A DNA stretch of 63,342 bases, filler included, from Sphacelaria rigidula (GCA_964200075.2; 5 parts of 5 records of this genome joined end to end with filler, not necessarily neighbours in it), one strand, 5' to 3'. Positions 50,755-63,342 are shown, numbered from the whole stretch's first letter. Numbers and translations are program-made. The notes: generated by a model not told the origin, from the letters alone.

Positions 50755-52560
50755 AATGGCTTGGACAAAGGAGATCGGTTCAAGTACATATTGGTAAGGA
50801 TGGATGACCCGGGCGACTTCGTGCGGTTGGAGCCCGCGGAGTCTTGTACGGCGGCAACGACGGTGAAGCATTGGTTGACATTGTGCAAAGCGCTGGGGTC
50901 GCAGGAGGGATGGGATGACATTGTGCAAAGCGCTGGGGCCGCAGGAGGGATGGGTCAGCGATACGGTATCGCAATATGAGAATCGTGCGGTGAGAGTGCC
51001 CAAGAAGGCGCAGATGGATCGCCGCTTCGTGGTGGCCAACTCGCGGTTGTCACATCGTGAATGTGAGCGAATGGTGCGTGACATTGTTCGTGCGTTGAAG
51101 GTCACAATGCAGAGAGGAAGACGCGATGCCAACGCCTGGGTGGGTTCGGTACTTGCCGTGCAGTGGGCATTGCACACTGGTTTTCGGGACAGCTGTGGGA
51201 GTTGCAGCCGCATCTATGATGCGAGGAGCCACTGTTCGGGTGGAAATGCTACTCTACGGTGTGGACGAGATTGTAGCCGGAGAATTGCTGTTTCTCAGGA
51301 TGAGCGCAGGAGAACTACAAGGCAGGCATTGCCTGAGGTGCTCGATGTTGCGGTGAGCGCCGGGTTGGGTGATGTTAAGGAGCAAGTACTACTGGAATTG
51401 CTTGTTGAGAATGAGGAAACACATTGTGACTTGTATACCTGAATCGTTTTGTGGACGATTGTAGGTGCTGGTGATATGGTTCCTGGACTTGTCTGTTGTG
51501 CTGCTCTGGTTCGCACGCATGATACATGGTGGTTTCTGCAAAGAAGCTGCTGAGTGAAATATGAGCATGCAGGTGTGACTGATGTGCATGCTGTTTGATG
51601 AAGAGTCAGAGTGAGGCAGTTTTCAATACACTGCTGTGTGCTGAATGTAATAAAGGTCGTATAGTATTGTTCGCGCAAAAATTAGAATAATCTTTGTGCG
51701 GTTTGTAGAAACTGACTGTAGGAGATGGTGATTGCTGCTGCTGGCGTGAAAATGAGCGGAAACTGCGAAATGCGTAGGCTTGTATGTGAGCAAGTATAAC
51801 GTGAGTATTTCCAGAGGTTGACGATAAATGAAATCGTGCGCGAATACAGTACTCCTTTACTGTGGCACATCTTTGATGGCTTGTCATTTGTTTGGATAAG
51901 CGCATAGATGGTGTTTTGCACCTGAAAACGGAGAATGTGGATGGTGTGCCCCTTTGTCTGGAAGGAGCACCGCATATTTGCTCTGAGCTGCGTCAGTTGG
52001 AACTGAGTCGAAAGGTGCGGGCACGGTTGTTGGCAAAGCACGGTATCACGCTTTGAGTGCATGGTATGATCGAACGCTACGGTTTGAAATGGCATTATCC
52101 TCGGCGCGTTTGCTTTGTGTGAGCATGCCACGACTCGAAATTTATGCTGAATGAATTATTGACTTCACTCAATTTGATTGAGACCCTGTGTACAAGTGTC
52201 GTTGTTCAGCGTTTTGCAAATGATCATTTTCTTCATGAACATGACATAGCATGGTCATGTGTCACCAACAGGCGGACAAAGGTAGCATGAACGTATTTGT
52301 CGGTGTCTACTGTTTGTCAAACTCGCTTTCTACTTCGAGTAGTGCGGAGTTTGGGGGGTGCTGTAGAGTAGTCCACCTCCAGTACACGTACGAGCAGGTT
52401 CATGATGATCTACAAGTGGAACAATCTGCTGTAGGCGTTTTCCATTGGTTGACGGACTTGCGGTTCTGATCGGCAGACTATGTGGATTGGAACATCACAT
52501 GCTTCACGCACTTCCGATAACGAAGGCTGTGTGTTTATGAATAACAACTGTCTTGAAGTT
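50755..52560 (+). mobile_element. Degenerate Gypsy-type 3' part: integrase core remnant, long 3' UTR, PPT and LTR start at 52362
   Basis: KYILVRMDDPGDFVRLEPAESCTAATTVKHWLTLCKALG..WVSDT...CERMVRDIVRALK...VQWALHT; 40-nt tandem duplication at 50876-50955; GGGGGGTGC|TGTAGA. Confidence 0.7.
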
Positions 52561-52587
52561 TCCAGGCCCTAGTGGGGGAGGAAGCCC

Positions 52588-54890
52588 TTGGAGCAATCTT
52601 GTGACTTTGTTCTGAGTCCAGGAGGGCTCTATACGCCGGAGCAGCGCGTAGCTGTGGACACGCCTTGTATGATCGAAACAATAGGGGCGTGTGACCCGCG
52701 TGAAGCGGGTGCCCAGAGCGAGCTGCGAGCTCGTGATGCTGTTAACAATCACTATTCTGACCGCGACGACGAGCGTCGCATGGTGTTGGGGTGGTCGTGT
52801 GCACCGCTGTATTCATGGATAGATTCGCCGTATTTGGCGGCGTTGACTGCGGTGTCTTTGCCGCTGTACGGTCGGGTTCTGGATGAGGATGGCATGATGC
52901 CATTGGAAGGTGTTGCTGTGGGGGCCTGTATGGATGTTCCCGTTTTGCCTCTTGTTTCCTCTAAAGAAGTGACTGAAGAGCGAGCGTTCATGAATGTGCA
53001 AGCATCTGTGGGGGCGGAGGATTTGTCGCACTGGTTTGGCGGTGCGGACATACCTTTCAGAGGCGTGTTGAGCTACACCATGGGGGTGCCAGGTGTAGCT
53101 AGACTGAAGGTACAAGGAGGGGGTGTCCGAGTGGATACGCTGCTCTACGCTGTGGACGGGGTTGTGGTTCGAGTGCTGCTGTTTCTCAGGAGCGGGCTGG
53201 AGGACTACAAAGAAGGCATTACCTGAGGTGTACACTGCTGTGGTTAGCGCCGAGTTGGGTGCTGATGTTGAGGAGCAAGTGCTGAGGTGATTGGGTGCTT
53301 GTTGAGAGTGAGAAACCACATCATGACTGGTAACCGTTTTGAGAATGATTGCAGCTTGTCATTGTGTGGTTTGTCATGTTTGCGCATGAAACATGGCTGT
53401 TGAGCGAGTATGATCGTATCGCGTGTGCAGGGTGAAACTCTGGCGTACACGTGGATATTTGGCATGTGTATGTCGTGCTGATCTGGTTGGCACGGACGAT
53501 GCATGGTGTTTGCTGCGAGGAAGATGGCATTGCATCTGCTGAGCGAAATATTGGCATTCATGTGCGGATTTTCATATGCTGAGTGGAATTTTGGCAGGCA
53601 TGTGCGAATTTTTGCTCGAATGGTACTGATATGAATGGTATCTGGTGACAACCTAGGGTGGGGCAGTTGTCAATATACTGCTGTATGCTAATTGAAGTGA
53701 ACCACGTATGATCTTACTCGCATAGGAACACAGTCGAATCATATTTGTGCGGTTTGCATGTACTGACTGCAGGGTATATGGGTTGCTGCTATTAGCGTAA
53801 AAATTGGCAATATACTACGAAGTACGTAGGCTCGTACTGACTGTAGGAGACGGTGACACCTGCTGTCAGCGTGAAAATGAGCTGGAAGATACGAAATGCG
53901 TAGGCTCGTCGTATGTTCGCAAGGATACAAGTGTTTCTAATGGTTGAAGATGCGTGATCTTTGGCTATGAAACGTCCTTTGATGGAACGTTTCGTTTTCG
54001 TCTGGAAATATTCGATGGATGGAGTGTTCGTTTGTTTCAGAAAGCCATGCAGGTGAGCTGCAAGTCTGTTGGGACATGAGCTGCATTTTACATCGCGGTT
54101 AATCGAACGATGGGATGCCATGGTCCTGAATCCAAGTTGGGATATTTTATCTGGGTGCTTCCTGGGGTGTACTCGGTAAATCGAGTTCGAGAACGATATC
54201 ACTACTGGTGATGATTGATGGCCGAGGTCGAGGTCCGTTTGCCGTCATTGGATTAGTATGCATTACTTGAATAGCAGTCTGAGTCATGGCTTTCCTTTGA
54301 TTGTCTTAATGAAACATGGCAAGTTGAAGCATTGAAGCTTTGACGGTGGGGAGGCATGCGATGCATATGTTTTTTACAGTGTTGTAGAAGCAAGAGGCCA
54401 GGTGCATTTTGGACGTGTTGCGTACTTATTTCCTTCTATCGTGAGGATGATGTGTCATTTGGCTGTTGCACTCCGTCACACACGTGCTGAACGTACAAAG
54501 AGTGCATTTTGTGTGTTGAGAAGTACCTTGTCTCGGATGAGAGGGACAATGAGTCACGAATGCTCTGGAATTTGACGTTCGCTGACATTTCCGGTTCCGT
54601 GCCGATGAAGAGTCAAGAGACTTGGTTTAGGCGAAGATTTGAGAGTTCAGCGCTAGCTATCGCTTTGTGACTCGAAGTGGTGCAAGTTGCGTGATTGCAT
54701 GTTCATGATGGACGATATTTTCTTGGGATCTCTTGCGATTTGTTCCGAAGTGGAGCAAGCTTATATGGAGCTGTTGTCGAAAGCAGCGGAAGAGATTGCT
54801 ATTCCTTGCGGAAAACGACGGTACCATCAGGCAATAATGATATCTGAGTTTGTCCAGCTCTGATGTAACTACTTGTTGCTAGTAAAAATC
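52588..54890 (+). mobile_element. Non-autonomous LTR-element internal region (second copy of the GLEDYKEGIT block family)
   Basis: 52640-53510 is strongly similar to 60855-61664, and partly to 51240-51560; ORF 52588..53226 is paralogous to 60872..61375. Confidence 0.65.
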
Positions 54891-55246
54891 AATGCTCCTT
54901 GTAGATTCTAGCCACCAATGTTACCTAAGGTTGGGGACATAAGTAGGTGGAGTTGCGGGTCTGATTGCCGGACTCTGTGATGAGTGACCTTCATGACGAG
55001 TAGAGCCGGTTTTGCTACTCTGGTGGAGAGAGCCTATGGTCCTGTTCTCCTCTACTGTGCTGAGGCTTGATATATGAATAACTAAAGGTGCTGAAATCCA
55101 TGTGCCCGCGATGGGAGGAGTCCACATGGCGATCTGATCTTGAGTGACAGAAGTAGTCTATAGCCTACTGTCTGAAGCGCAATCATAGATGGCGGGAGTG
55201 TCGCTCCTACCTTAACGGCAAACCTCCGGCTGAACGACCGCCGGGG

Positions 55247-57742
55247 ATGCGCCCCGCACGAACGTTCCCACCCCCTCCACAAAACGGCAGAAGTAATGGG
55301 AGGAGGGAAAGATCACAGGCATTCATGACGATGAATGTGGTAGTCGAAGATGAGCGAGTAGTATCCATGTGCACATCGACCAGTAGTGACACAGAGGTAT
55401 CGATTCTCTGCGACTCGGGAGCGAATGTCTACATGACTCCCTGGAAACAGGATCTCAGAAAAACACGTACGGTCAATCGAAGCTGTACATTTGGGAACAA
55501 GGGACAACTGCAGGCACTGGCAATGGGAGAGATGCCGTTGCACGTGGGTGCTCGGGAAGAGGTGGTTCCGGCAACGGTCACACTGAAGGACGTACTTTGG
55601 GTCTCTGGACTACCTTGCCGGCTACTGAGTACCGGAACGATTCGGCGTGACGGGGGAGAGTTCGTGGATTCCGGCAGGAAGGAGAGCTACCTTCGGTTCA
55701 GAAAGGATGGACCGAAGATCCCCCTGGCCGAGAATAGAGGGTTCCTGACCCTGTCGGCATCGCTGCAGGGCGATAGCAAGCATGCGGCGTCGGCGCACGC
55801 TTCGTTCGCAAACAAGAAGCAGCGCCTCACATTAAAGGAGTGGCACGACACCTTAGGACACACCGATCCGGCTGCCATAAAACACCTCGAGAAGCGTGGG
55901 CTGATCGATGTCACTGATGCCACGGTGGCGTCCGAGATGCGCTGCAGCGTCTGCAAGGAAGGAAAGTTCGAGGCGCCCAGCTACGGCCGCGGCGGCAGGA
56001 GTCCCAAAGCACCAGGTTAAGTTGTGCACATTGATCTTGAAGGCCCTTTCCACGCCGATCTCACAGGTATGAAATACTTTCAGGTTTTCGTGGACGAAGT
56101 CAGTCGAGACAAGCACGTTGCTGGACTCAAGACACGAGATGCGGCCACTGACGCCATGGGAGCCTACATAGACGAAATGACCCGTGAGGGAGTGTTCATC
56201 AAATGTATCAGCGGAGACGGCGCTGGAAAACTTGGACGGTCAGTCGAATTTCAACGCATGCTGACCAATCGCGGCATCAAATGGCGCTTCTCACCACCAA
56301 CCACACCGCAGGGTAATGGAACTGCTGAACGTGCAATTCAACAACTGATGAGGACAGCATGCAGCCAACTGGTGAAAGCGGGACGCGGAGAAGACTACTG
56401 GTTCTTCGCTGTGGCGAACGCGGCATTGAAGACCGCAGGGATGCCCCACAAGTACCTCAGGGGCGAGACCCCATGTGAGAGACTGACAGGAAAGCCTTTC
56501 GAGTACGACCGGCTTCGTACTTGGGGATCTGAGTGTTTCGTGCATCAGCACAAGCAGCAACGCGAAGTTAGACCCATATGCGAAGCGGGGTATCTTGGTG
56601 GGGCACGATCGGCACTCTCTCTGCTGGTATGTATGGATGATACAGGAATCAAGCTCGTCAAGTCTTCACATGTCACGTTTGAATCAGAGGCCAAGATCCT
56701 AGACATCGTGGGAGAGCTGAAGGCGGTCGAACTCAGTGATGACGAGGACGAACCGTCGGAAGAAGAGAAAGCAGCGCCGATCGACGGCGATGATGGCCCG
56801 GTTGGACAGCCACCTCAAGACCCGCCATCATCGAAGCGCTCTTCTCCAGATAGTGGACTGCGCAGATTCAGTCTACTACTCGTAGCGCGACGGCATCGAG
56901 GGGACAACGCACAGCAACGCTTCAGAATTTCTGGCCGCAGCAGTTTCAACGACGGAAATTTCCTCGCCACCCTTCTACAAGATCACGACAAGGTCGTATT
57001 CGACATGCTCGGGGGCGAAATCGTCATTGGACCACAGCAACCGTCGACAGCGAACGAAGCCCTGGCAGAACCTGATGCTGACAGATGGAACGTGGTCATG
57101 GAAGAGGAGATCCAACGGAAGGGCAACGAGCCTCACATCCGAGAGGCCGGTGAACCGCTGGAACCACGGGTGCCACCGGTGGCGCCTGTAACTCGTACGA
57201 CTCCAAGCGCAGACGAGCGCTTTGACGGCCCGAAGACCAACGCATCACACAAAAGAAACGAGCAGCAGGTCGGACTGGAGGATCAAGTCTCTTCAGACGG
57301 TAATGATCGTGAACAAGGCCGAATCACCGAACCACCGGAGACGCTGGGCGATAACGAAGGAGCGAAGCTCGAGAAAACATTCGTGCCGAGCGCGGACGGC
57401 TCTGACCTTGACCACGAAGCGAAACCACATCCCGCAGTGAAGGAACCAACGAAGGCAGTGGATGGACCACCCGAGGGTGCGGGATGCATGCCGAGCAAGG
57501 ACAACCTCGGACACAGCCAACAAACGTTCAAGTTGCCGTTCTCGACAAAGGATGTCAAAACGGAAAAGGCGCCGGAAGTCGGGACGAGTCTGGAGGGTCC
57601 AGGTCCACCACGATGCTTCTATGGCATTCAATGGAAAGATTTGTTTGCTTCGTATCTAGCATCTTGGGTGTCATCGTATCAGCTCTCTGATGTTACCGTT
57701 GTACGATCATCGGGGTATGTGCAGATGATGTATTGGACATAG
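55247..57742 (+). pseudogene. Copia protease-integrase polyprotein with one in-frame TAA (56018-56020); RT replaced by an unrelated tail
   Basis: ORFs 55247..56020 and 56024..57742 share a frame (KAPG*VVHIDL); pre-RT motif PSTANEALAEPDADRWNVVMEEEI is followed by ~200 aa with no RT motifs. Confidence 0.85.
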
Positions 57743-58148
57743 ATCTCATTCGTAGATTCTCAGGCGTGTAGTCAACCAGCCTGGTAGGAGCCAGTGCGGT
57801 TCAGTACAAAGTACCGACAAGAACGGTCCGGGAACCAGTACTGTAGCCAGTGTCCAGTCGAGCCAGAACGGCTCCGCGACTCTATATTGTATGCTTTAGA
57901 GTTGGGGTTTAGGGCTGAGATTCGGAGAGAGAAGCTTCAGATAGAGCTGTACACCAGCGGGTGACGTCTGAATGAATATTGAAGAGCACGGCGATGCAGC
58001 GCCCTGCTGGGGTACGTCGTCTGCTCAACTCATCAGGATATCTCGTGACAATTGCCTTGCTCCGCTATAAAACGGTGCACTGCGAGGAAGCGCGCCACGG
58101 CCATACCAAACATCTCACAAGTGCACAGGCTCGTGAGCCTCGAGGAGT

Positions 58149-58901
58149 ATGGAGGTAGACCCACGCCAGTTGCCAGTCTGGACGGGCGCTCGTAGGCACT
58201 CGCGAGAAACATGGGAAGCATGGAGACTTTACATCATTGGATACTCAGGTGGGAAGGCACTATACCCCCTGCTGCGACCGGATTACACCACACGGGCAGC
58301 TCCGACAGCGACCACAACACTTGATCAGCGTAGGGCGTACAAAACGCACCAACGCGATACAAAGTCCCTATGGTTCCTCCTGGCACAGGCTACGAAAGGG
58401 CCAGCCGTGGCCATCGTCGCACGATGCGGGCACGGCGGCATCCTTGACTGCAGGGAAGTCTGGCTGGAGATGGAAAGGATTTACGGAGGACGTGCACAGG
58501 ACGAGCGGCCTGTGCAACTACTTGCATTGGAACGAAGACTGCGGGGTCTCCAATGTAATTCTGCTTAAGAATCAGCAAATTTTATGGTGAAGCTGGACAC
58601 TATCTGGGGTGAATTCGAAGCGCTTGGGAACGCCAAAGCCGACGAGACCAAGAGGGCAGCCCTTTTACTCGGGATCAGGCAGGCGCTTCCACAAGTATTC
58701 ATCCAGGTAACAACCCAGCCAGATATGACGTACAATGAGCTAAAATGGGCAGTCGTAGCATCACCAGCATATCTAACGTCTGGCATGGAACGCCCCGATG
58801 AGGCAGTAGTGTTTCAATCGAGAAGCGACGACAACAAAACCGATTCGGGGCTCGATAGAAATCAAAGCGCCTTGCAGATTCTAGCCACCAATGTTACCTA
58901 A
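58149..58901 (+). pseudogene. Copia gag-like ORF with one in-frame TAA (58566-58568)
   Basis: LPVWTG..WEAW...LWFLLAQATKGPAVAIV...REVWLEMERIYG...FMVKLDTIWGEFEALG...KRAALLLGI is a Copia-gag (UBN2-like) pattern. Confidence 0.7.
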
Positions 58902-59637
58902 GGTTGGGGACATAAGTAGGTGGAGTTGCGGGTCTGATTGCCGGACTCTGTGATGAGTGACCTCCATGACGAGTAGAGCCGGTTTTGCTACTCTGGTGGA
59001 GAGAGCCTATGGTCCTGTTCTCCTCTACTATGCTGAGGCTTGATATGTGAATAACTAAAGCTGCTGAAGTCCATGTGCCCGCGATGGGAGGAGTCCACAT
59101 GGCGATCTGATCTTGAGTGACACAAGTCTAACATGAACGTTCATTAAGTCTGCTAACTGGCGGCGGGTCCGCTGAAAGCAGCTGACACTCCAAGATAGGG
59201 AAGTCTGCAGGCCTGATCAATTTACAGCAAACAAGATCAGCTCAAGGCGTGGTAACGTCGCGAGAGTTGAGTTGGAGAAGTAGAGCCGAGGAGGTTTGAG
59301 GCAGTGCTAGGGCGGGCTGTGGTATCGCTCGTCCGTGAGGTGCGGGGGGGTGACCGACAGCTGGCGAGCCCAAGAGCGTTCCAGAAAAAGTAGCGCAATT
59401 ACTGCCTGGTGGAGCCAGCGGGGGTTGCGTGTTCCACGCTTGGCCAGGTACGGTTAGGAAGAGGAGTCTAAGGACTGCAAGACGTGATGAAAACCGCGCG
59501 AGGGAGAGGTGTGTGTGGTCGTCGTTGTAAGGTGGTACAGCGCGTCTCGGTGAAAGGAGAATGTTGTTGTTCCTGTGAGTGGTAGACGACTTCGTTTTTC
59601 AAGAAAGGCGGTGTGGAGTGCTGTACTGTTGACCGAA

Positions 59638-61664
59638 ATGGATGAAGCGCAGGAATATGGCATCGTCGATGGTTGTGTTGTTCCTCTACTGGCGCTGGAG
59701 GTGCCGTACTACGGCCGCAAGTTTTCGAGCGAGATATCGGCCGAGTTTTTACGCAAATACGAGCAATATTTGCAAGAGGTAGATCAGGTGAACGCGCAGT
59801 GAACAACCCTCTTTAAGGTGGCAGCAGTTTCTGACCTCATGCCGGAACATATTGCGAAATGTCTGCGTGACACGTTCTTCAATTATGCTCATGATGTTGA
59901 GAACGAGCAGCTGCTCTTCGCGTTGCGCAAGTATGCGCCGTCCGGTGGGGCGCATTGCACTGTGAAAGCCAAGAAACATGTGTCTGCCCGAGGTGACAGG
60001 CACGACAGTGCACCCGCCGAAAGTACAGTAGTAGGTGGTCTGCGTCTGAAACAACGATACAGGGCAACGGCTTGCACTGTGGAAGTCGAAAAGCATGTGT
60101 CTGCCCGAGGGGACAGGCAGGACAGTGCACCCGTTGAACGTGCGGTAGGTGGTTCGGGTCTGAAACAACGATACAGGGGAAATGCTTGCACTGTGAAAGT
60201 CGAGAAGCATGTGTCTGCCCGAGGGGACAGGCACGATAGTGTACCTGTGGAGCGTGCAGTAGTAGAAACTGCTCGCCCGCGACTGAAGCAACAATGCGTC
60301 GCCACGTTAAGGGGTGCGAAGGTGAAAACACATGTGTCTGTCCTACAAGATGCACCGGGCAGCAAGAACAGTGAGAGTACAGTAGTCGGTGCTGAATTAG
60401 CAGCCGCTGTGAGTGCTGTTGGAAGCGGCGAACAAGTCACACAGCCATCGCTAGTCCGAGGGGACAGGCACGAGAGCGCTGCAGGCGTTGCCGCTATTGC
60501 CGTCAAGAAGCAAGCCGGGCAGGAGGTGGCGGCTGTAGCGAGTACTGCTGCTGCTGTTGGCGATGTTGAGAGGGCGAGGCCTACATGGGCCAATGAGCAA
60601 GTACTGGTGGGCGGAGGTCCCAGTTGCTTATTGCCGCTGGACCAGCGCGTAGCTGGAGATACTCCTTGCGTGCTCGAAGCTGCAGGGGGTGTTATTCGCG
60701 TATTGCGAACGAGCAGGGCGAGCAAGGAGCTTGCCGTGCTTATTATGGTGAATCTATTTGCACCAGTGATATGGCGGAAGATCGTTTAGATGATTTGCAG
60801 GGGTGTCTGCTTGAAGGACAGATGGATGCCGGGTTGGTGGAATTGCAGCCAGAGCAGCGCGTAGCTGTGGCATGACCGAAACAACAGGGGCGTGTGACCC
60901 GCGTGAAGCGGGTACGCAGAGCGAGCTGCTAGCTCGTGATGCTGTTGGCGATCACAATTCGGACGGCGATCACAAGTGCATTACTGTTTGCATTGACAGC
61001 TTTGGCGTATTTGGTGGCGATGGCGGGGTGTTTGAGGAGGATAGTGTGCCATCAGGAGGTGCTGCTGTTGGGGACTGTGTAGCTGCTCCCGTTTCGCATC
61101 TAGTTTTCTCTGTAAAACTGACTGAAGCACAGGTGTTCAGTTCTGCCCAAGCATATGTGGAGGCAGATGGCTTGTCGCATTGGTTCGGCGGTACGGATAT
61201 ACCGTTTAGTGGCGAGCTGAGCGGCTCCACGAGGGTGCGAGCTGTAGCTGGACTCGTGGCGCGAGGAGCAAGTATTCGAGTGGAGACGCTGCTCTACGCT
61301 GTGCAAGGGGTTGTGGTTCGAGTGCTGCTGTTTCTCGGGAGCGGGCTGGAGGACTACAAAGAAGGCATTACCTGAGGTTCTTGCTGTTGTGGTGAGCGCC
61401 GAGTTTGGTGCTGATGTTGAGGAGCGAGTGCTGAGATGATTGAGTGCTTGTTGAGCATGAGGAAACACATTATGACTGATATTCGCGAATCGTTTTGATG
61501 AATGATTGCAGCTTGTTATTGTGTGGTTTGTGGTCATGTTCGCGCATGAAACATGATTGTTGAGCGAGTTTGATCGTATCGCGTGTGCAGGGTAAAACTC
61601 TGGCGTACATGTGGATATTTGGCATGTGTGTGTTGGGCTGATCTGGTTGGCACGAACGATGCAT
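59638..61664 (+). mobile_element. Non-autonomous LTR-element gag(-protease)-like region with 114-117-nt coding tandem repeats
   Basis: In-frame ORFs 59638-59802 and 59818-60789 are separated by one TGA; three copies of CTVKxxKHVSARGDRxDSxP plus partial copies; third copy of the GLEDYKEGIT block. Confidence 0.6.
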
Positions 61665-61779
61665 ATGTCACGAGGTTGTCAGGCTTTATCACAGAATCTC
61701 TCACTGTAGTGCAGGAACACACCAAGCACAGCAGTGCAATCACTTGTCTGGGGTACAACTCGTGACGGGTTCACGCACA

Positions 61780-63270
61780 ATAGGTTGATAACTACTTGAC
61801 TCAAGGCTCTTGTTCAAGATATGCTCTTTGTCTTGCTCACTTTCTTCTTGCTCAATGCTTTTCCACGCTTATGTCTCACCAATCGGGCAACAGTCAGATG
61901 CTCTTTCCTGGGGAGCTCAGCAGTGAGTCCCATGTGCTACCTCAGGCTCTAATTACACCTATTTATAGGTGTACACACTATATCTGACCCTCCGATCAGA
62001 CCCGTTATCCAAAAATCCAAGCATCGAAAGATCGATGCTGCTTGTCTTCATGACAATGAGTGAAATCACACGATTAACACCCTCCCTGATTTTGTACACT
62101 GGGAAATCAAAACGCATGTCGAAAGTTCGAATCAACACTCAAGAAATATTTTGAGATCACTTCGACTAAAAATCCGTTTTCTGTTCCCGAAGAAACACAA
62201 ATGACACACGAATGATTTGTTCAGACACCAAGTCCCTCAAAAGATGATGACGCACATCAATGTGCTTACTGTCGTGGGAGCTTCGCGGATTTTTCGCCAG
62301 TCGAATCGCCCCCTGGTTATCCTCATACACCGTCCGTGGCATACAAAGTTCCTTCCTTTGCGGCTGCATAAATTTCAGCACCGCCTTCACGAACAGAGCA
62401 TCCTTCACTACGTCGTCCATCGCTACGTATTCAGCCTGAGTAGAAGAGAGAGTTACACTCTTTTGAGTGCGAGAGAAAAATCCTACAACAGCCCCGCAGA
62501 AAAATATCGCCCCTTCCGACACTGAACGCCGATCATCGAATTTCGCATAGTCTGCATCCGCATACCCCACCAACTCGTCACTCGAACCCCTAGCATACGT
62601 GATTTCCAAGTCTATTGTTGTCTTGACGTACTCGAAAATCCGCAACACTTTGCGCCAGGCCTCAGGCGTCGGGTTTTCGTTGTGGCGGGATGCAGCTCTC
62701 ACGGCGTCAGCGATGTCTGCGCGGGTGTTGATGGAGAGCCACATCAAAGATCCCACCGCCTTGCGGTACCTCCCCTCGAAATCCTCTCCCTGATCCACCT
62801 TAACGTCGGGAGAAACAACCGCAGAGGTTGCAGCGGTCGGACACAATTTGAGGGTTCCTTTTTCGAGATTGTGTCCGTACTCGCATCCCGCGTACCAGAT
62901 CAGCTCACCAATAAGGTTCTTCGTTTGAAAATGCGCGTTCAGATCCTCTGCCAACTTGTTGCACAAAGCCTCAGCACCTACAACGAACATGCCATCGACG
63001 TGAAGCACAATCAGCACTTTGACTTCCTCGCCGTCCATCAGATTGAACATACATGGATCAATCAAACTCTGCTCGAAACCCAGACCTTTCAGAGTTCTCC
63101 CCAGTTTCCCGTACCACTCTCCAGCAGCTGGCTTCAAGCCATAAAGCGTTTTGTGCAAATGCACGACAGTGCCAGATCGTTCACCCAAACCTGGCGGTAG
63201 CCTCATGTACGCGTCATCCTTTAGTTCCGACTGAACGAAAGCTTGCTGAAGGTCAAAATGAAGAATCGTC
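61780..63270 (-). mobile_element. Ty1/Copia 3' part: RT-RNase H (62166-63270), PPT (62080-62087), 3' LTR starting at 62079
   Basis: ILHFDLQQAFVQ, YMRLPPG, LHKTLYGLK, VLHVDG (YVDD mutated), GYADADYA..DDRRSVS, VTLSSTQAEYVA, YEDNQGAI, SKHIDVRHH; minus-strand AGGGAGGG|TGTTAA. Left boundary approximate. Confidence 0.92.
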
Positions 63271-63342
63271 GAGTGATGCTACGGTAGGGGTACAGAAATA
63301 ATTTCTGAGGCTAGAATTGTTAGGAGCCCCTTATCTCATCTA
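63271..63342 (+). mobile_element. MITE family B, left end, inserted in the Copia RT
   Basis: GAGTGATGCTACGGTAGGGGTACAGAAATAATTTCTGAGGCTAGAATTGTTAGGAGC matches 22685 onward; it interrupts the RT frame. Confidence 0.85.

Larger units (their letters stand above)
54897..59122 (+). mobile_element. RT-less Ty1/Copia unit in permuted order, bounded by 253-nt direct repeats (54897-55149, 58870-59122)
   Basis: PR ILCDSGANVYMT, GAG-pre-integrase WHDTLGH...CSVCKEGK, IN VHIDLEGP/ISGDGAG/PQGNGTAERAIQ, then a gag-like ORF at 58149-58901 downstream. Confidence 0.85.

Noticed and set aside
56018..56020. Programmed stop-codon readthrough between PR and IN (also 58566 and 59800)
   Set aside because: The stops fall within otherwise continuous coding domains of decayed elements and are best explained as point nonsense mutations.

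Overview
Eukaryotic, intron-rich and transposon-rich DNA, most consistent with a brown alga (Phaeophyceae). This is inferred from gene structure and protein motifs, not from a database search. The window is not one locus. It is five size-sorted scaffolds (1-12589, 12690-25278, 25379-37966, 38067-50654, 50755-63342; 12,588-12,589 nt each) joined by artificial 100-nt N44-TTAATTAATTAA-N44 spacers. Scaffold A holds the last 8 exons of an FCP1/CPL-type RNA polymerase II CTD phosphatase (minus strand), plus tRNA-derived SINEs and MITEs. Scaffold B holds a LINE fragment and a ~12-kb degenerate chromodomain-bearing Ty3/Gypsy element carrying four nested GAG...CTC MITEs with 4-bp TSDs. Scaffold C holds a multi-exon gene for an internally repeated EF-hand protein, with a GC-AG intron and a probable 14-nt micro-exon. 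Scaffold D holds the 5' relic of a related Gypsy, a Copia RNase H end, and a 16-copy ~367-bp tandem array whose units carry a conserved hairpin with a variable loop. Scaffold E is nested LTR-retroelement debris, including a permuted or tandem RT-less Copia unit and a Copia RT-RH fragment. I found no prokaryotic system, CRISPR array or rRNA.
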